Assembly (NCBI GenBank): GCA_965116175.1
Contig: OZ220490.1
Coordinates: 643,548-707,547 of the forward strand
DNA: 64,000 nucleotides
Source of the DNA: Bdellovibrionales bacterium
Lineage (GTDB): Bacteria > Bdellovibrionota > Bdellovibrionia > Bdellovibrionales > UBA1609
Direction of reading: 5' to 3'
Shown here one piece after another: positions 28,884 to 38,983 of the stretch. A program made the translations under genes and the position numbers. A model generated the notes under the pieces. The model ran no database searches and was not told the DNA's origin. It saw only the letters and a program-made list of their open reading frames with translations. Each line of letters starts with the position of its first letter. Positions within the stretch are counted from its first letter, which is position 1.

Positions 28884-29708
28884 ATGCAAAGCCTTTTTAC
28901 TGTCGTTCAGCTGGAGTATTACAAATGGCTTCAGTCTCTGAAAATCTCCTTATCCCGGAATCTTCAATATAAAATAGATTTTCTTTTATCTATGATTATC
29001 CCTGTATTTATATTTTTTGCTATAAAATACAATTTATGGAGCTCTATCTATGCTGGAAATTCTTATCAGCCTATTCAGGGTTACAGCTTGGCTGAAATGA
29101 TAGAGTATCAATTTTGGATTTTGATTTTTGATCTTTTTGTCCGCTCTTATTTTTTTAGTCAAAATATTTCCAACGATATTCGTTTAGGAAGGATCTCCTC
29201 TTTCCTGCTTTATCCTTTTGGCTTTATCAGCTATCAGATGAATTTGTTTCTCTCTGATAAGTTTATTCAAGCTTTTATAGGCTGTTTTTCTTTATGTGCA
29301 GCCTTTATATTTGGCTGGATTGAAATCCCTTTGGCTAAGGTTTTTTTAAAGGCTATAGCCTTTGTTTTAATGGTTAATGCTTTTTGGTTTTTTACACAGA
29401 TGCTTATTGGTTTTATTTCTTTTTGGATGGAGCAAACCTGGAGTCTCAATATCAGTGTTCGTTTTACAGCTATTTTCTTTTCCGGCGCCATTATTCCTTT
29501 AGATCTTTATCCCGATGCGCTTGTTAAAACTCTGGTTTGGACGCCCTTTCCCTATTTGGTTTATTTTCCTGTTAGAATTTTAATGGGTGAGCCTGTTAAT
29601 TTTGCTTTTTCTCTTTTTATTTTATTTTTATGGTCACTTGTTATGTGTTTTTGCGCAAGATGGGTTTGGAAAAGGGGATTAAAACTTTACACAGGAGCTG
29701 GAATTTAA
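28884..29708 (+). CDS. ABC-2-type transporter permease (COG4587/COG3694-like uncharacterised ABC system)
   Basis: 274 aa, 6 hydrophobic segments. First gene of a permease-permease-ATPase trio. Confidence 0.6.
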   Translation: MQSLFTVVQLEYYKWLQSLKISLSRNLQYKIDFLLSMIIPVFIFFAIKYNLWSSIYAGNSYQPIQGYSLAEMIEYQFWILIFDLFVRSYFFSQNISNDIRLGRISSFLLYPFGFISYQMNLFLSDKFIQAFIGCFSLCAAFIFGWIEIPLAKVFLKAIAFVLMVNAFWFFTQMLIGFISFWMEQTWSLNISVRFTAIFFSGAIIPLDLYPDALVKTLVWTPFPYLVYFPVRILMGEPVNFAFSLFILFLWSLVMCFCARWVWKRGLKLYTGAGI

Positions 29709-29710
29709 GT

Positions 29711-30493
29711 ATGAAAGTTGTTTATAAATATTTATCTATTTACAGGGAGTTTTTTAAAACCAGCTTAAGCGAGGAGCTAAGCTTTCGCGCCAACTTCACC
29801 CTTCAATCTTTAATGAATGTTTTGCTGATTGGTGTGTATTTTTTTACATCTATTTTTATTTTTGATCATGTAGAGCATATCGGTCTTTGGGGAGAAAAAG
29901 AATTTCTTTTCTTTTTGGCTTTTGTTTTTGCAGTGGATCAAACTCATTATTTAATTTTTGCTGCTAATTTTTGGGAGTTTAGCGAAAAAATTCGCTTAGG
30001 GAATTTGGATTTTTACCTTTTAAAACCTGTTCCCAGTTTGTTCATTATTTTAATGAGAAATCTGGCTGTCCCAGGGCTTTTTACTGTTGGTTTAACCTAT
30101 TTTATGCTGGTTTATTTTGGCATTCAGTTAAACTTCAGTCTTTTGGTATGGTTTTCTCTTCCTTTTTGCCTTTTGCTGTCTCTCTCTCTTCTTTTAGGAA
30201 TTGAGGTGCTAATTTCATTATGTAATTTTTTTACAGTAGAGGGGCTTGGTATCAATCAGGCTCGTCTTCAAGTTCAGCAGCTCACCCGTTGGCCGGACTT
30301 TATTTATAAAAACCCAGCCCGCATTTGGCTGTTTCCTTTTTTGGCTGTCACTTCTATCCCTGTTCGCTGGCTTTTAAGTATAAGTTATTGGCAATGGCTG
30401 GTTTTTATGTTTTTTGGAGTTATTTTGTTATGGTCTCTTATTTTTTATGTATGGCCAAGAGCTTTGAGGTTTTATGAATCACCCTCCAGTTAA
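29711..30493 (+). CDS. ABC-2-type transporter permease (second subunit)
   Basis: Start moved to the ATG at 29711 (MKVVYKYLSIYREFF), 2 nt after the upstream stop. The ORF-track start at 29630 would overlap the preceding gene by 79 nt. Confidence 0.6.
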   Translation: MKVVYKYLSIYREFFKTSLSEELSFRANFTLQSLMNVLLIGVYFFTSIFIFDHVEHIGLWGEKEFLFFLAFVFAVDQTHYLIFAANFWEFSEKIRLGNLDFYLLKPVPSLFIILMRNLAVPGLFTVGLTYFMLVYFGIQLNFSLLVWFSLPFCLLLSLSLLLGIEVLISLCNFFTVEGLGINQARLQVQQLTRWPDFIYKNPARIWLFPFLAVTSIPVRWLLSISYWQWLVFMFFGVILLWSLIFYVWPRALRFYESPSS

Positions 30494-30707
30494 AGTTATT
30501 CATTTTGTCTGAATTTTCAAATAGGATCACAGTGTATAACAGCTTGTATTTTCAAATAGTATTGGTATAAGAAAGTTTAGCGCAAAAGTCCTTTAGGGGC
30601 TTGGTTGAGTTTTCAAGCTTTTGCTTTTCAAATTTAACAAGTTTGAAATTTCAAAAAAACAACTGTTAGTAAAATTTTTCACCCAACACAGTGTAAAAGG
30701 CTGGATA

Positions 30708-31685
30708 ATGATTGAATGTAAAAAACTTTCTAGAGATTTTAAAATATACACAAAAAAAGAAGGTTTTAGGGGAACATTAAAGTCCTTTGTTAAAAGAACA
30801 TACTATATCAATCAGGCTGTTAAAAGTTTTGACTTAAAACTGGACAGTCATGGCTTGGTGGGTTTGCTAGGGCCTAACGGTTCCGGTAAAACAACTCTTA
30901 TGAAAATGTTTACAGGGATTATTGTGCCCAGCCGTGGTGCAGTCCAGGTCTTGGGTGAAACGCCCAGCCAAAGAAAAAACAGCTTTAAGAAAAACATCAG
31001 CTTGGTTATGGGCAATAAATCCCAGTTGTGGTGGGATATTCCTGTTATGGATTCTTTTCTTCTTTTTCAAAAATACTATGAGATTGAAGAGGGGGATTTT
31101 AAAAAAAGAGTCCATGATTTAGGAGAAAGGTTGAATACAAAAAAGCTATTCCATGTTCCTGTTAGAAAGCTCTCCTTAGGGGAAAGGATGAAAATGGAGC
31201 TTATGGCCTGCCTTCTGCATGAGCCAAAAGTGATTTTTTTAGATGAGCCGACTATTGGTTTGGATATTTCCGCTCAAAAAGATGTCCGTCAGTTTTTAAA
31301 AGACTATTATGAAGAGAGAAAGCCTTTGATCATTTTAACCTCTCATTATATGGCTGATGTGGAGGCTCTTTGTAAAAACATTGTGCTTATTTTAAAAGGT
31401 GTAAAGCAGTTTGAAGGTTCTATAGATAGTTTTAAAACAAAGTTTCGCAAAGAAAAGACCATTGTTTTTCATTTTGAAAATAAAATTGCTGATCATCCAA
31501 AGGAATGGAATCAACGGTTTTATTATAAGTGGAGTAAAGATAAAAACCAGCTTAAAATCCGTGTTCCTGAAAGGGACTTAAAACAAGTTACCATAGAGGT
31601 TTTAAATCAATTTCCTGTTAGTGATTTTCATACAAAAAAAGTAGGGGTGGAAGAGGTTATGGATGAAATTTTATCAAATTCGTAA
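30708..31685 (+). CDS. ABC transporter ATP-binding protein (COG4586-like)
   Basis: Start moved to MIECKKLSRDF. Walker A GPNGSGKTT, signature LSLGERMK, Walker B VIFLDEPT. Confidence 0.85.
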   Translation: MIECKKLSRDFKIYTKKEGFRGTLKSFVKRTYYINQAVKSFDLKLDSHGLVGLLGPNGSGKTTLMKMFTGIIVPSRGAVQVLGETPSQRKNSFKKNISLVMGNKSQLWWDIPVMDSFLLFQKYYEIEEGDFKKRVHDLGERLNTKKLFHVPVRKLSLGERMKMELMACLLHEPKVIFLDEPTIGLDISAQKDVRQFLKDYYEERKPLIILTSHYMADVEALCKNIVLILKGVKQFEGSIDSFKTKFRKEKTIVFHFENKIADHPKEWNQRFYYKWSKDKNQLKIRVPERDLKQVTIEVLNQFPVSDFHTKKVGVEEVMDEILSNS

Positions 31686-31828
31686 TGTATTTATACTGAC
31701 TTCTGTTTAAAAGTTGATGGCTTTTAAAAATGACAAAATATATTGCTATTTCCATTAAAATAAGGGGGTAAAAGTGAGTTCGGCTTATTTAAACAAGATT
31801 GGTATAAAAACTTTTAGAGGATAGTATT

Positions 31829-33583
31829 TTGTTGGAAAAGGTTACCAGTTTTTTTATAAAACTTAAAAGTTTTTTTAATATCTATAAAGCTCCTCTGCTG
31901 TCTGGAGTGCTTTTTGGCTCCAGTTTTATTCCTTTTCCCTTTTTCACGCTGTTTTTTGCTTTAGTTCCTCTTTGGTTTTTTATCTATTGCCAGAAAAGTT
32001 TTAAAAAAGTTTTAATAGGTTCTTTATTATGCCAGGCTCTAGCTACTTTTGTAGGTTTTAACTGGATGATTTACACCTTTCATAGTTTTGGGGGGATGAA
32101 TTGGTTTATAAGTTTTATTCTTTTAATTCTGTTTTGTTGTTTTGCCAATATATGTGTGCTTGTTTCAAGCTGTTTATGGTTTGTATTAGTTAAAAAGTCC
32201 TCATACTCTCTTCCTGTTTCTGTTAAGTTGATTTTGTTTCCTCTGATTTTTTCTATTCTTCACTCTCTCATTCCCACAATTTTTCCTTGGGATATGGGTT
32301 ACCCCTGGTTTTGGGGTGGTCTTCCTGGAGCGCAAACGGCAGAGCTTTGGGGGTTTCGTTTTTTAGATACTTTGTTTTATATTTTTAATCTTTTATTTTT
32401 AATCCTTTACAAACATCTTGGTGATAGGGGCAAAAAACATCTTATTAAGATCATTATTTTATTGGCCTGTTTTTGTCTGTTAGGTTTTTATGTGCATACA
32501 ATATTTTATATTTTTATTTTTCTGCTTTTATTTTTTTACACTCATTATTTTGACAGCATAGGCAAAAAAGCTTTAATCGGGACTGTGGTTTTATTTGTTT
32601 GTTTAAATACACTGGGTTTTTATTTAAAATGGCGGCTCCCTCAGCCGGATAAGTCTTTAAATGTTATTGTTGTTCAGCATAATGTTGGTTCTGTTCATCA
32701 TTCAAATTTCTCTAAAAGAAAGGCGCTGCATATTTTAAAAGATTTAACTTATAAGGCTGTTGATAGATATGCAAAAACTGAAGATAAACAAAAAGACATT
32801 GGTTTTGTCCTTTGGCCTGAAGGGGCTTATGGTTACACCATAAATAAAAATCATAAGAGAGAGAGAAAACTTTCTAAGATAGTGGAAGCCATGAGGATTC
32901 CTCTTATTACTGGAGCTGTATCCAGAGATCGTGAGAAGCATAGCGGCTCTCTTGTTGTTTTTGATCGTGAGGGTAATATTTTAAAGCCTGTTTACGATAA
33001 GACAAAACTGGTAATTTTTGGAGAGTATTTTCCATGGATAGAGAGCTTTCCTTTTTTAAGAAAGTTGTTTCCTTATTTTGACTCTAATTTTACTCCTGGT
33101 AAAGATGTTCAAGTTCAGGAGTTGGAGGGCACCCAGTTTGGCTGGCAAATCTGTTATGAAAGTCTTTTTGATTATATCAGTAGAAAACTGGCTCAAAAAC
33201 AGGCTCAGGTTTTAGTCAATATTACAAATGACTCCTGGTATGGATCGTGGCAAGAGCCTTTACAGCATTTAACTATGAATTTTGCCAGAGCCATTGAGGT
33301 TCGCAGACCCTTAATCCGCTCTACCAATACAGGCTATTCCGGTGTTATTTATGCTGATGGGACTCTTGCCAATGTGATTTACCCTGATGGAGCTGTTCGT
33401 AAGATTTCTCCCTTAAATAAACCCTGGTTTTACTTATATAAAGTTCCCTACTATAGTAATCCTCCGAAAACTTTATTTATGTCCTGGGGCTACTATATCA
33501 ATGAAATGTTTTTGTTTTTTCTGTTTCTTTTTGTTGGAGTTGTATTTTTAAAATATAATTTTAGAAGCATACAAAAAATATGA
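31829..33583 (+). CDS. lnt: Apolipoprotein N-acyltransferase
   Basis: Polytopic N-terminal half plus a CN-hydrolase domain with LWPEGA (Glu), DKTKLVIFGEY (Lys) and WQICYES (Cys). Start codon uncertain. Confidence 0.85.
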   Translation: MLEKVTSFFIKLKSFFNIYKAPLLSGVLFGSSFIPFPFFTLFFALVPLWFFIYCQKSFKKVLIGSLLCQALATFVGFNWMIYTFHSFGGMNWFISFILLILFCCFANICVLVSSCLWFVLVKKSSYSLPVSVKLILFPLIFSILHSLIPTIFPWDMGYPWFWGGLPGAQTAELWGFRFLDTLFYIFNLLFLILYKHLGDRGKKHLIKIIILLACFCLLGFYVHTIFYIFIFLLLFFYTHYFDSIGKKALIGTVVLFVCLNTLGFYLKWRLPQPDKSLNVIVVQHNVGSVHHSNFSKRKALHILKDLTYKAVDRYAKTEDKQKDIGFVLWPEGAYGYTINKNHKRERKLSKIVEAMRIPLITGAVSRDREKHSGSLVVFDREGNILKPVYDKTKLVIFGEYFPWIESFPFLRKLFPYFDSNFTPGKDVQVQELEGTQFGWQICYESLFDYISRKLAQKQAQVLVNITNDSWYGSWQEPLQHLTMNFARAIEVRRPLIRSTNTGYSGVIYADGTLANVIYPDGAVRKISPLNKPWFYLYKVPYYSNPPKTLFMSWGYYINEMFLFFLFLFVGVVFLKYNFRSIQKI

Positions 33584-34953
33584 ATTACATTAACAGATAT
33601 AAAATCTTTTTCTTAAAAGCTCTTTCTTTTATTTATAAGTTTTGCAAATCATTGAAGTTGGCTGTTTTCACACTAACAGTTTTAGCTGTGCTGACAGCTA
33701 TAGGCACTTTTATAGAATCCCGATACAATCAGGAGATTGCCAATAATCTTGTTTATCATTCTTTTTGGATGGCTCTAGCCATTTCACTTCTAGCAATCAA
33801 TTTAACAATGGTTTTAATAGATCGATGGCCCTGGAAGAAAAAACACACCCCTTTTGTTTTAGCTCATATTGGCATTTTAATTTTAATATCAGGCTCTCTT
33901 TTTACAAAATATTTTGGTGTGGATGGTTCCCTTCGCTTTAAGGAGGGGGAAAGGGCTAATGAGTTGAGTGTTTCTGATATGGAGATAAAAATTTATTCCT
34001 CCTATGATGGGGAAAACTTTACTTTAATCTATGAAGAACCAGTAAATATGTTTTTTAAAAAACCAAATGAAAAAAAACCTCATATCATTTCTGTAGCTGA
34101 CGAATCATTTGTTATTGATAAGTATTTGCCTTTTGCTGTTGGTAGGGAGGTTTTTAAACCTTCTTTAAAGGGTGGTTCTCCAGCTCTTCGGTTTCATTTG
34201 GATGGTTCTCAAGCGTCTATTGTGGAGTGGATGCGACTTGCTGTAGGTGAGGATACTTTAAATAAATCTTTTGGTCCTGCTACTATAAGCTTAACGACAG
34301 ATAAAAATTACAAGGCTGAAAAAAGAACAGAATTGGTTTTGTTTGCTGAGGGGGAAAATCTATTTTATTTTTTAAAAGGAAAAAGAAAAAAACTTTTAAA
34401 GCGGGGTCAAGTTTTTTCTACAGGCTGGATGGATTTTAAATTTCGTTTGATTGAATTTTATCCAAAATCTCAAAGGGAATTTGAATTTACAGCCAGGGAA
34501 AGACCTTCTGATATAACTTTAAAAGCCATTCGTGTTGTTCATCGGGGTAAATCTGTTTGGTTGGGGCAAAACTCTTATGTTCAGTTTTTTCAAAGGGATC
34601 AGGTTTATGCTATGACCTATTCAAACAAAACCTATAATTTAGGTTTTGATTTGGAGTTGCTGGATTTTAGAGTAAAAAAATATCAGGGGAGTGAAAAAGC
34701 CAAAGAGTATGAAAGTGAAGTGCGTTTTAAAGACCAGACAACAGTTATCTCTATGAATGAGCCCTTAAAGTATGGAGGCTGGACATTTTATCAATCCAGT
34801 TTTGAGCCTTCTGAAGATGATTCTGACCCTGTTGTTTCCATCTTGTCTGTCAACCGTGATCCGGGAAGAGTCTTAAAGTATTTTGGTTCTATTCTTATTG
34901 TAGCGGGCATTGCCCTTTTATTTTACCGTCGTAAAATAAAGAGTATTTCTTAA
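33580..34953 (+). CDS. ResB/Ccs1-like cytochrome c biogenesis protein
   Basis: N-terminus KSLKLAVFTLTVLAVLTAIGTFIES and C-terminus NEPLKYGGWTFYQSSF...NRDPGRVLKYFGSILIVAG match the ResB pattern. ATGA overlap with lnt. Confidence 0.7.
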   Translation: MNYINRYKIFFLKALSFIYKFCKSLKLAVFTLTVLAVLTAIGTFIESRYNQEIANNLVYHSFWMALAISLLAINLTMVLIDRWPWKKKHTPFVLAHIGILILISGSLFTKYFGVDGSLRFKEGERANELSVSDMEIKIYSSYDGENFTLIYEEPVNMFFKKPNEKKPHIISVADESFVIDKYLPFAVGREVFKPSLKGGSPALRFHLDGSQASIVEWMRLAVGEDTLNKSFGPATISLTTDKNYKAEKRTELVLFAEGENLFYFLKGKRKKLLKRGQVFSTGWMDFKFRLIEFYPKSQREFEFTARERPSDITLKAIRVVHRGKSVWLGQNSYVQFFQRDQVYAMTYSNKTYNLGFDLELLDFRVKKYQGSEKAKEYESEVRFKDQTTVISMNEPLKYGGWTFYQSSFEPSEDDSDPVVSILSVNRDPGRVLKYFGSILIVAGIALLFYRRKIKSIS

Positions 34954-35278
34954 ACCAAAAATTTTAAAGCCTTAAAAGCTATTATTTTTTAATAGTTAGA
35001 ACAATGAAGAATTTTCAACTCATATTAAAAATTTGTTTTTCAGTATAAAAATGAAAATATTTATGTTATCTCATTGTCCAAATTTTTATGGCTTTATTCT
35101 GCTGTGCTAATTGTTTAGTTGCAGTGGTTGCTTCGCTTTAATTTTTTATGTGATCACAGATAGATTTTTTCGGGCTTGCCGGGGAAGTTTATCTAATCAA
35201 GGCAAGCTATAAAACTTGTGTGCTCCTCAATTCAAATCAGAGAGAGGAGGAAGTATAAGTTGACAAAAGCTTCATTTA

Positions 35279-37201
35279 TTGGATATGACTTTTAGAATGA
35301 AAAAACTTTGTTTTTTAATGACTTTATTTTGTATTCTTTTTCCTTCTTCTATACTGGCCCGTTGGGCTAGCCAAAAAGAGGCAGGGCTTCGTTATGATTT
35401 ATGGCGTTCTGTAATCAAGGTTGAAAAAGATGGCACTTACACACAGGAAGTGGAGTTTAAAGTTAAAATTCTTAAAGATTCAGCCATTGATTCTTTTGTC
35501 AGCTTTTTTTTAACATATAATGGTCAATCTCAAGAGGTTGAGGTCTTATCTGCAAAAACTATTAACAAAGGTAAAGAGTTTTTAGTGGATTCTCAATTTA
35601 TTGAAGATAAACCTTTGGCTTCAGCCCCCAGTGGTTTTGATCAAAGCCGCCAAATATTAATTGCCTTTCCTCATGTTCAGGTTGGTTCTGATGTTTATCT
35701 TCGTTATCGTTATCATTTTAAAATTATTCCTTATAAAGGTTTTTTCTCATATTCCAAAATCTTTAGTCAGAGCTTTTTTAAACATATAGAGCTTAATATA
35801 GAATCAGCTTTGCCTTTGTATTATGAATTGAATAACCCCCAGAATTTTTTAAAGAGCAGCTATAGAGTATACAGGAACAAAAAAAGAAAATATAAATTTA
35901 AACTTAGTCTCCGCAGGCCGCTTTTTAAGGATATATTGGATGAAAAGTATGTTTTTCCAAATCTTGATCTTTTTCCTTGGGTGGAAATAAGCAGCGAGAA
36001 AAAATGGTCAGAAATGGTTAAGCCTTTGGTTCCAAAATACAGAGAAAAGATTGCAGAACCATTACCAGAAATATATCAGAGAATTTTAAAATCTTCCAGA
36101 CAGATTAAAACAGGACCTGAAGATCAAATAGACTTTATTATATCCTCTTTAATAGAAAAAATCAGATATATGGGGGATTGGCGTCCTATTAATGGAGGTT
36201 ATGTTCCCCGATCTTTATCTGTCATTGCTAAAACAGGGTTTGGGGATTGCAAGGATTTATCAGTTAGTTTATCTGCTATTTTGAGAAATCTTGGCTTTAA
36301 AGCCAATGTAGCTTTGGTTTCCCGTAATTCCAAACGGCATAGTTCTAATACTTATAAAATGCCAAATGCAAAAGCTTTCAACCACGCTATTGTTCGTGCG
36401 GAAAGGAATGGCAAGGTATTTTGGTTGGATCCAACAAACACTGTCTCTTATTCTCGTGGTTTATTTACAGATATAGCCGATAGGCCGGCTCTTGTTTTGC
36501 AGAATGATAAATCAAGAATGGAGAATATCCCTAAGTTAAATAGTTCTGATTCGGAATATAATATTATTCAGAATTTTAAAATAACTCGGGATAATTTAGT
36601 TAATGCTGTAGGATCAATTCATTTTAAAGGCAGAAGCGCCATTGGATTTACAGGAGTCTCCTTAAACCAATCCAAAAAGAGTATAGATTATCATTTTATA
36701 CAGTTTACTGGTGCAGATGTCTCCTCCCTTAAAAAGTGGCAAGTAACAGGTTATGACTTAAGTTCACGCATAGTTAAAGATTTTTCTGTAAAAATATCTT
36801 ATACTATGGAGGAGGATAGCGGTTCATTTGGCTACAGGACTCAATTGGGGCCTGTTTTTTCCTTCCCTCGTCCTTTTGAAATAGGATTGTTTTTTATTAG
36901 AACATCAGAGCGGGTCTCTGATTTATTTTTAGGTCAGCCTCGTCGGGTGGTTCTTATTTCAAAACTCAAAAATATAAAACCTGTTGGAGATTTAAAATTT
37001 AATTGTGACATAAAAAGTAAATGGATTGATGTCAACCGCACAATGGAATCACTTAAACCTTTGGTTATAAAGGATATATACGAATTTAAAAAACCTCAGA
37101 TGTCTGCAAAGGAATTGAAAAGTTCTTCATTTGTAAAATTTCAAAGAAATATAAAGCGTTGTTTTGTTCAGTTTTTGATGATTTATGAAAAGACAGATTA
37201 A
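35279..37201 (+). CDS. DUF3857/transglutaminase-like domain protein, secreted
   Basis: Signal peptide (MKKLCFLMTLFCILFPSSILA). Transglutaminase core Cys motif GFGDCKDLS with downstream His/Asp (NHAIV, WLDPT). The true start is probably 35285 or 35297. Confidence 0.7.
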   Translation: MDMTFRMKKLCFLMTLFCILFPSSILARWASQKEAGLRYDLWRSVIKVEKDGTYTQEVEFKVKILKDSAIDSFVSFFLTYNGQSQEVEVLSAKTINKGKEFLVDSQFIEDKPLASAPSGFDQSRQILIAFPHVQVGSDVYLRYRYHFKIIPYKGFFSYSKIFSQSFFKHIELNIESALPLYYELNNPQNFLKSSYRVYRNKKRKYKFKLSLRRPLFKDILDEKYVFPNLDLFPWVEISSEKKWSEMVKPLVPKYREKIAEPLPEIYQRILKSSRQIKTGPEDQIDFIISSLIEKIRYMGDWRPINGGYVPRSLSVIAKTGFGDCKDLSVSLSAILRNLGFKANVALVSRNSKRHSSNTYKMPNAKAFNHAIVRAERNGKVFWLDPTNTVSYSRGLFTDIADRPALVLQNDKSRMENIPKLNSSDSEYNIIQNFKITRDNLVNAVGSIHFKGRSAIGFTGVSLNQSKKSIDYHFIQFTGADVSSLKKWQVTGYDLSSRIVKDFSVKISYTMEEDSGSFGYRTQLGPVFSFPRPFEIGLFFIRTSERVSDLFLGQPRRVVLISKLKNIKPVGDLKFNCDIKSKWIDVNRTMESLKPLVIKDIYEFKKPQMSAKELKSSSFVKFQRNIKRCFVQFLMIYEKTD

Positions 37202-37207
37202 ATTTTT

Positions 37208-37996
37208 ATGTCCAATCCTTTTGAAAAACAGACTCCTATCTCCGGCATAAAACATATTATTGTTGTCGGTTCAGGCAAGGGGGGCGTTGGTAAAAGCACA
37301 GTGGCTTTAAACTTAGCTGTAGCTTTGGCTAAAATGGGTTTAGATGTGGGTGTTTTGGATGGGGATGTGTATGGCCCTTCACTACCTCGTTTAACAGGGA
37401 CTCTTCATGTAAAGCCTGAGATGGGCAAAGACAATAAAATCATTCCTCTCCGCCGTTATGGAATTAATTTAATGAGCATGGGTAACCTTGTTGAAGAGGA
37501 ATCTCCTCTTGTATGGCGGGGTCCAATGCTGTTTAAAACCATTGAGCAGTTTTTTAAGGATGTTCATTGGGGAGAGTTGGATTTACTTGTTATTGATCTG
37601 CCTCCTGGAACAGGAGATGTAGCTTTAACTATTGCTCAAAAAGTGCCTGTATCCGGTGGGATTGTTGTCAGCACAGCACAAAACCTTTCTTTAACAGACA
37701 CACGCAAGGCTTTAAATATGTTTCGCCAAATACAAATCCCTGTTATTGGCGTTGTTGAAAATATGTCTTATTATGTAGAGACAAATGGTGAAAAAGTTGA
37801 TCTTTTCCCTAGAGGGCAGATTGATGTCTATCTCAAAGAGAAAAAAGTCAACAAACTGGCTGTTATCCCTTTTCATCCTCATGTGGGTTTAAGCTGTGAG
37901 GCAGGAGTCCCTTTGCTGGAAAGTTGTCTCGACTCAGAAGAGGGGAAAGCTATTTTCCTTCTGGCTGAAAAGGTAAAAAAATATTTATCATTCTGA
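37208..37996 (+). CDS. Mrp/NBP35 (ApbC) family Fe-S cluster carrier ATPase
   Basis: Deviant Walker A GSGKGGVGKST and DLPPGTGD. Size is 262 aa. Confidence 0.85.
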   Translation: MSNPFEKQTPISGIKHIIVVGSGKGGVGKSTVALNLAVALAKMGLDVGVLDGDVYGPSLPRLTGTLHVKPEMGKDNKIIPLRRYGINLMSMGNLVEEESPLVWRGPMLFKTIEQFFKDVHWGELDLLVIDLPPGTGDVALTIAQKVPVSGGIVVSTAQNLSLTDTRKALNMFRQIQIPVIGVVENMSYYVETNGEKVDLFPRGQIDVYLKEKKVNKLAVIPFHPHVGLSCEAGVPLLESCLDSEEGKAIFLLAEKVKKYLSF

Positions 37997-38001
37997 TTTA
38001 T

Positions 38002-38078
38002 GGCCACGTAGCTCAGATGGATAGAGCAAGAGTTTCCTAAACTCTAGGTCGCAGGTTCAAATCCTGCCGTGGTCACCA
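38002..38078 (+). tRNA. tRNA-Arg (anticodon CCT), CCA encoded
   Basis: GGCCACG TA GCTC AGATGGATA GAGC A AGAGT TTCCTAA ACTCT AGGTC GCAGG TTCAAAT CCTGC CGTGGTC A CCA, followed by a T-run. Confidence 0.85.
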
Positions 38079-38120
38079 CTTTTTTTTAAATCCCCTTTAT
38101 TCATAGGCTTTTATGTTCTG

Positions 38121-38530
38121 ACCTCCAATTCAACTAGACAACTCGATCCATCAATTTCCTGTATTCTGCAGGGCTTTTCATACCCCATCCAGAATGAGGA
38201 GCCACATTATTATAATCTCCAATCCATTTCTTAAATAATTTCATGACTGTCTGAGTATCCTTACAATCTGATGTATAAACATAATCCCTCTTTATTGTCT
38301 CCCTGTCATGACAATCCAAAGAAAATGCCGCATAAACCCTCTCTCCATTGAAACAATGCACCTAAAAAGCATCTGAACACCACCTCATGTTTGAACAGCA
38401 TGTAATGATCTCACCCGTCCTCTTAAAATCCCTATAAGTAAACTTCCTCTTCTTCAATATAAGCCCATTCTTATCCATAGCTCTATAAATCCTCTTCTTG
38501 TTATAACCTTCCCTGGAGGTCATAAGGCAC
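38121..38530 (-). pseudogene. IS3-family transposase (rve/OrfB) remnant with in-frame stop and internal deletion
   Basis: The rc translation reads ...GYNKKRIYRAMDKNGLILKKRK...[30 protein letters not shown]... and then jumps to the C-terminal YNNVAPHSGWGMKSPAEYRK motif. The central catalytic region is missing. Confidence 0.6.
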
Positions 38531-38728
38531 TCTTATGCTACAGGGGCTTTAATGGCGACATAAAGTATTTCTGCTGTTCAGGCAACTTTAGGTCATACTA
38601 CAAGTCGGATGACTGAGAAGTATGCCAAAGTGATAGCCCTTCTTGATAAGAGAGTGGCAGAGAAGACAGCAAAGTTTTTTGATATTTTTAATAAGAATGG
38701 AGTATCAAATTTGGAAATTGGAAAGTGA
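38528..38728 (+). pseudogene. Tyrosine recombinase (phage-type integrase) C-terminal remnant
   Basis: HSYATGALMAT*SISAVQATLGHTTSRMTEKYAKV follows the integrase box II pattern (H-x-x-A...LGH....T..Y..V) and carries an in-frame stop. The N-terminal part is replaced by the IS3 remnant. It points toward tRNA-Val. Confidence 0.55.
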
Positions 38729-38810
38729 GTGTGCCTAACTTTTGGAAAATCACAGCGAGTTAAATTTTGAGATAAAAAGTTTAAGCAATTCCAATAGCTA
38801 AGAGAGTGAA

Positions 38811-38886
38811 TGGTAGGAGGTGCCGGATTCGAACCGACGACATCCACCTTGTAAGGGTGGCGCTCTACCAACTGAGCTAACCTCCT
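38811..38886 (-). tRNA. tRNA-Val (anticodon TAC), CCA encoded
   Basis: The rc reads AGGAGGT TA GCTC AGTTGGTA GAGC G CCACC CTTACAA GGTGG ATGTC GTCGG TTCGAAT CCGGC ACCTCCT A CCA. Confidence 0.85.
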
Positions 38887-38983
38887 GCCTATTAATATAA
38901 AGTCATTTAATTTAACAAGTTTTACGATTTTGTTTGTCAAATTTATAGGTTTTTAATTTATACTAATTTGAAGTTTTCAACAA

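Noticed and set aside
38593-38940. 115-aa minus-strand ORF
   Set aside because: It runs straight through tRNA-Val and antisense to the integrase remnant, so it is a spurious read-through ORF.
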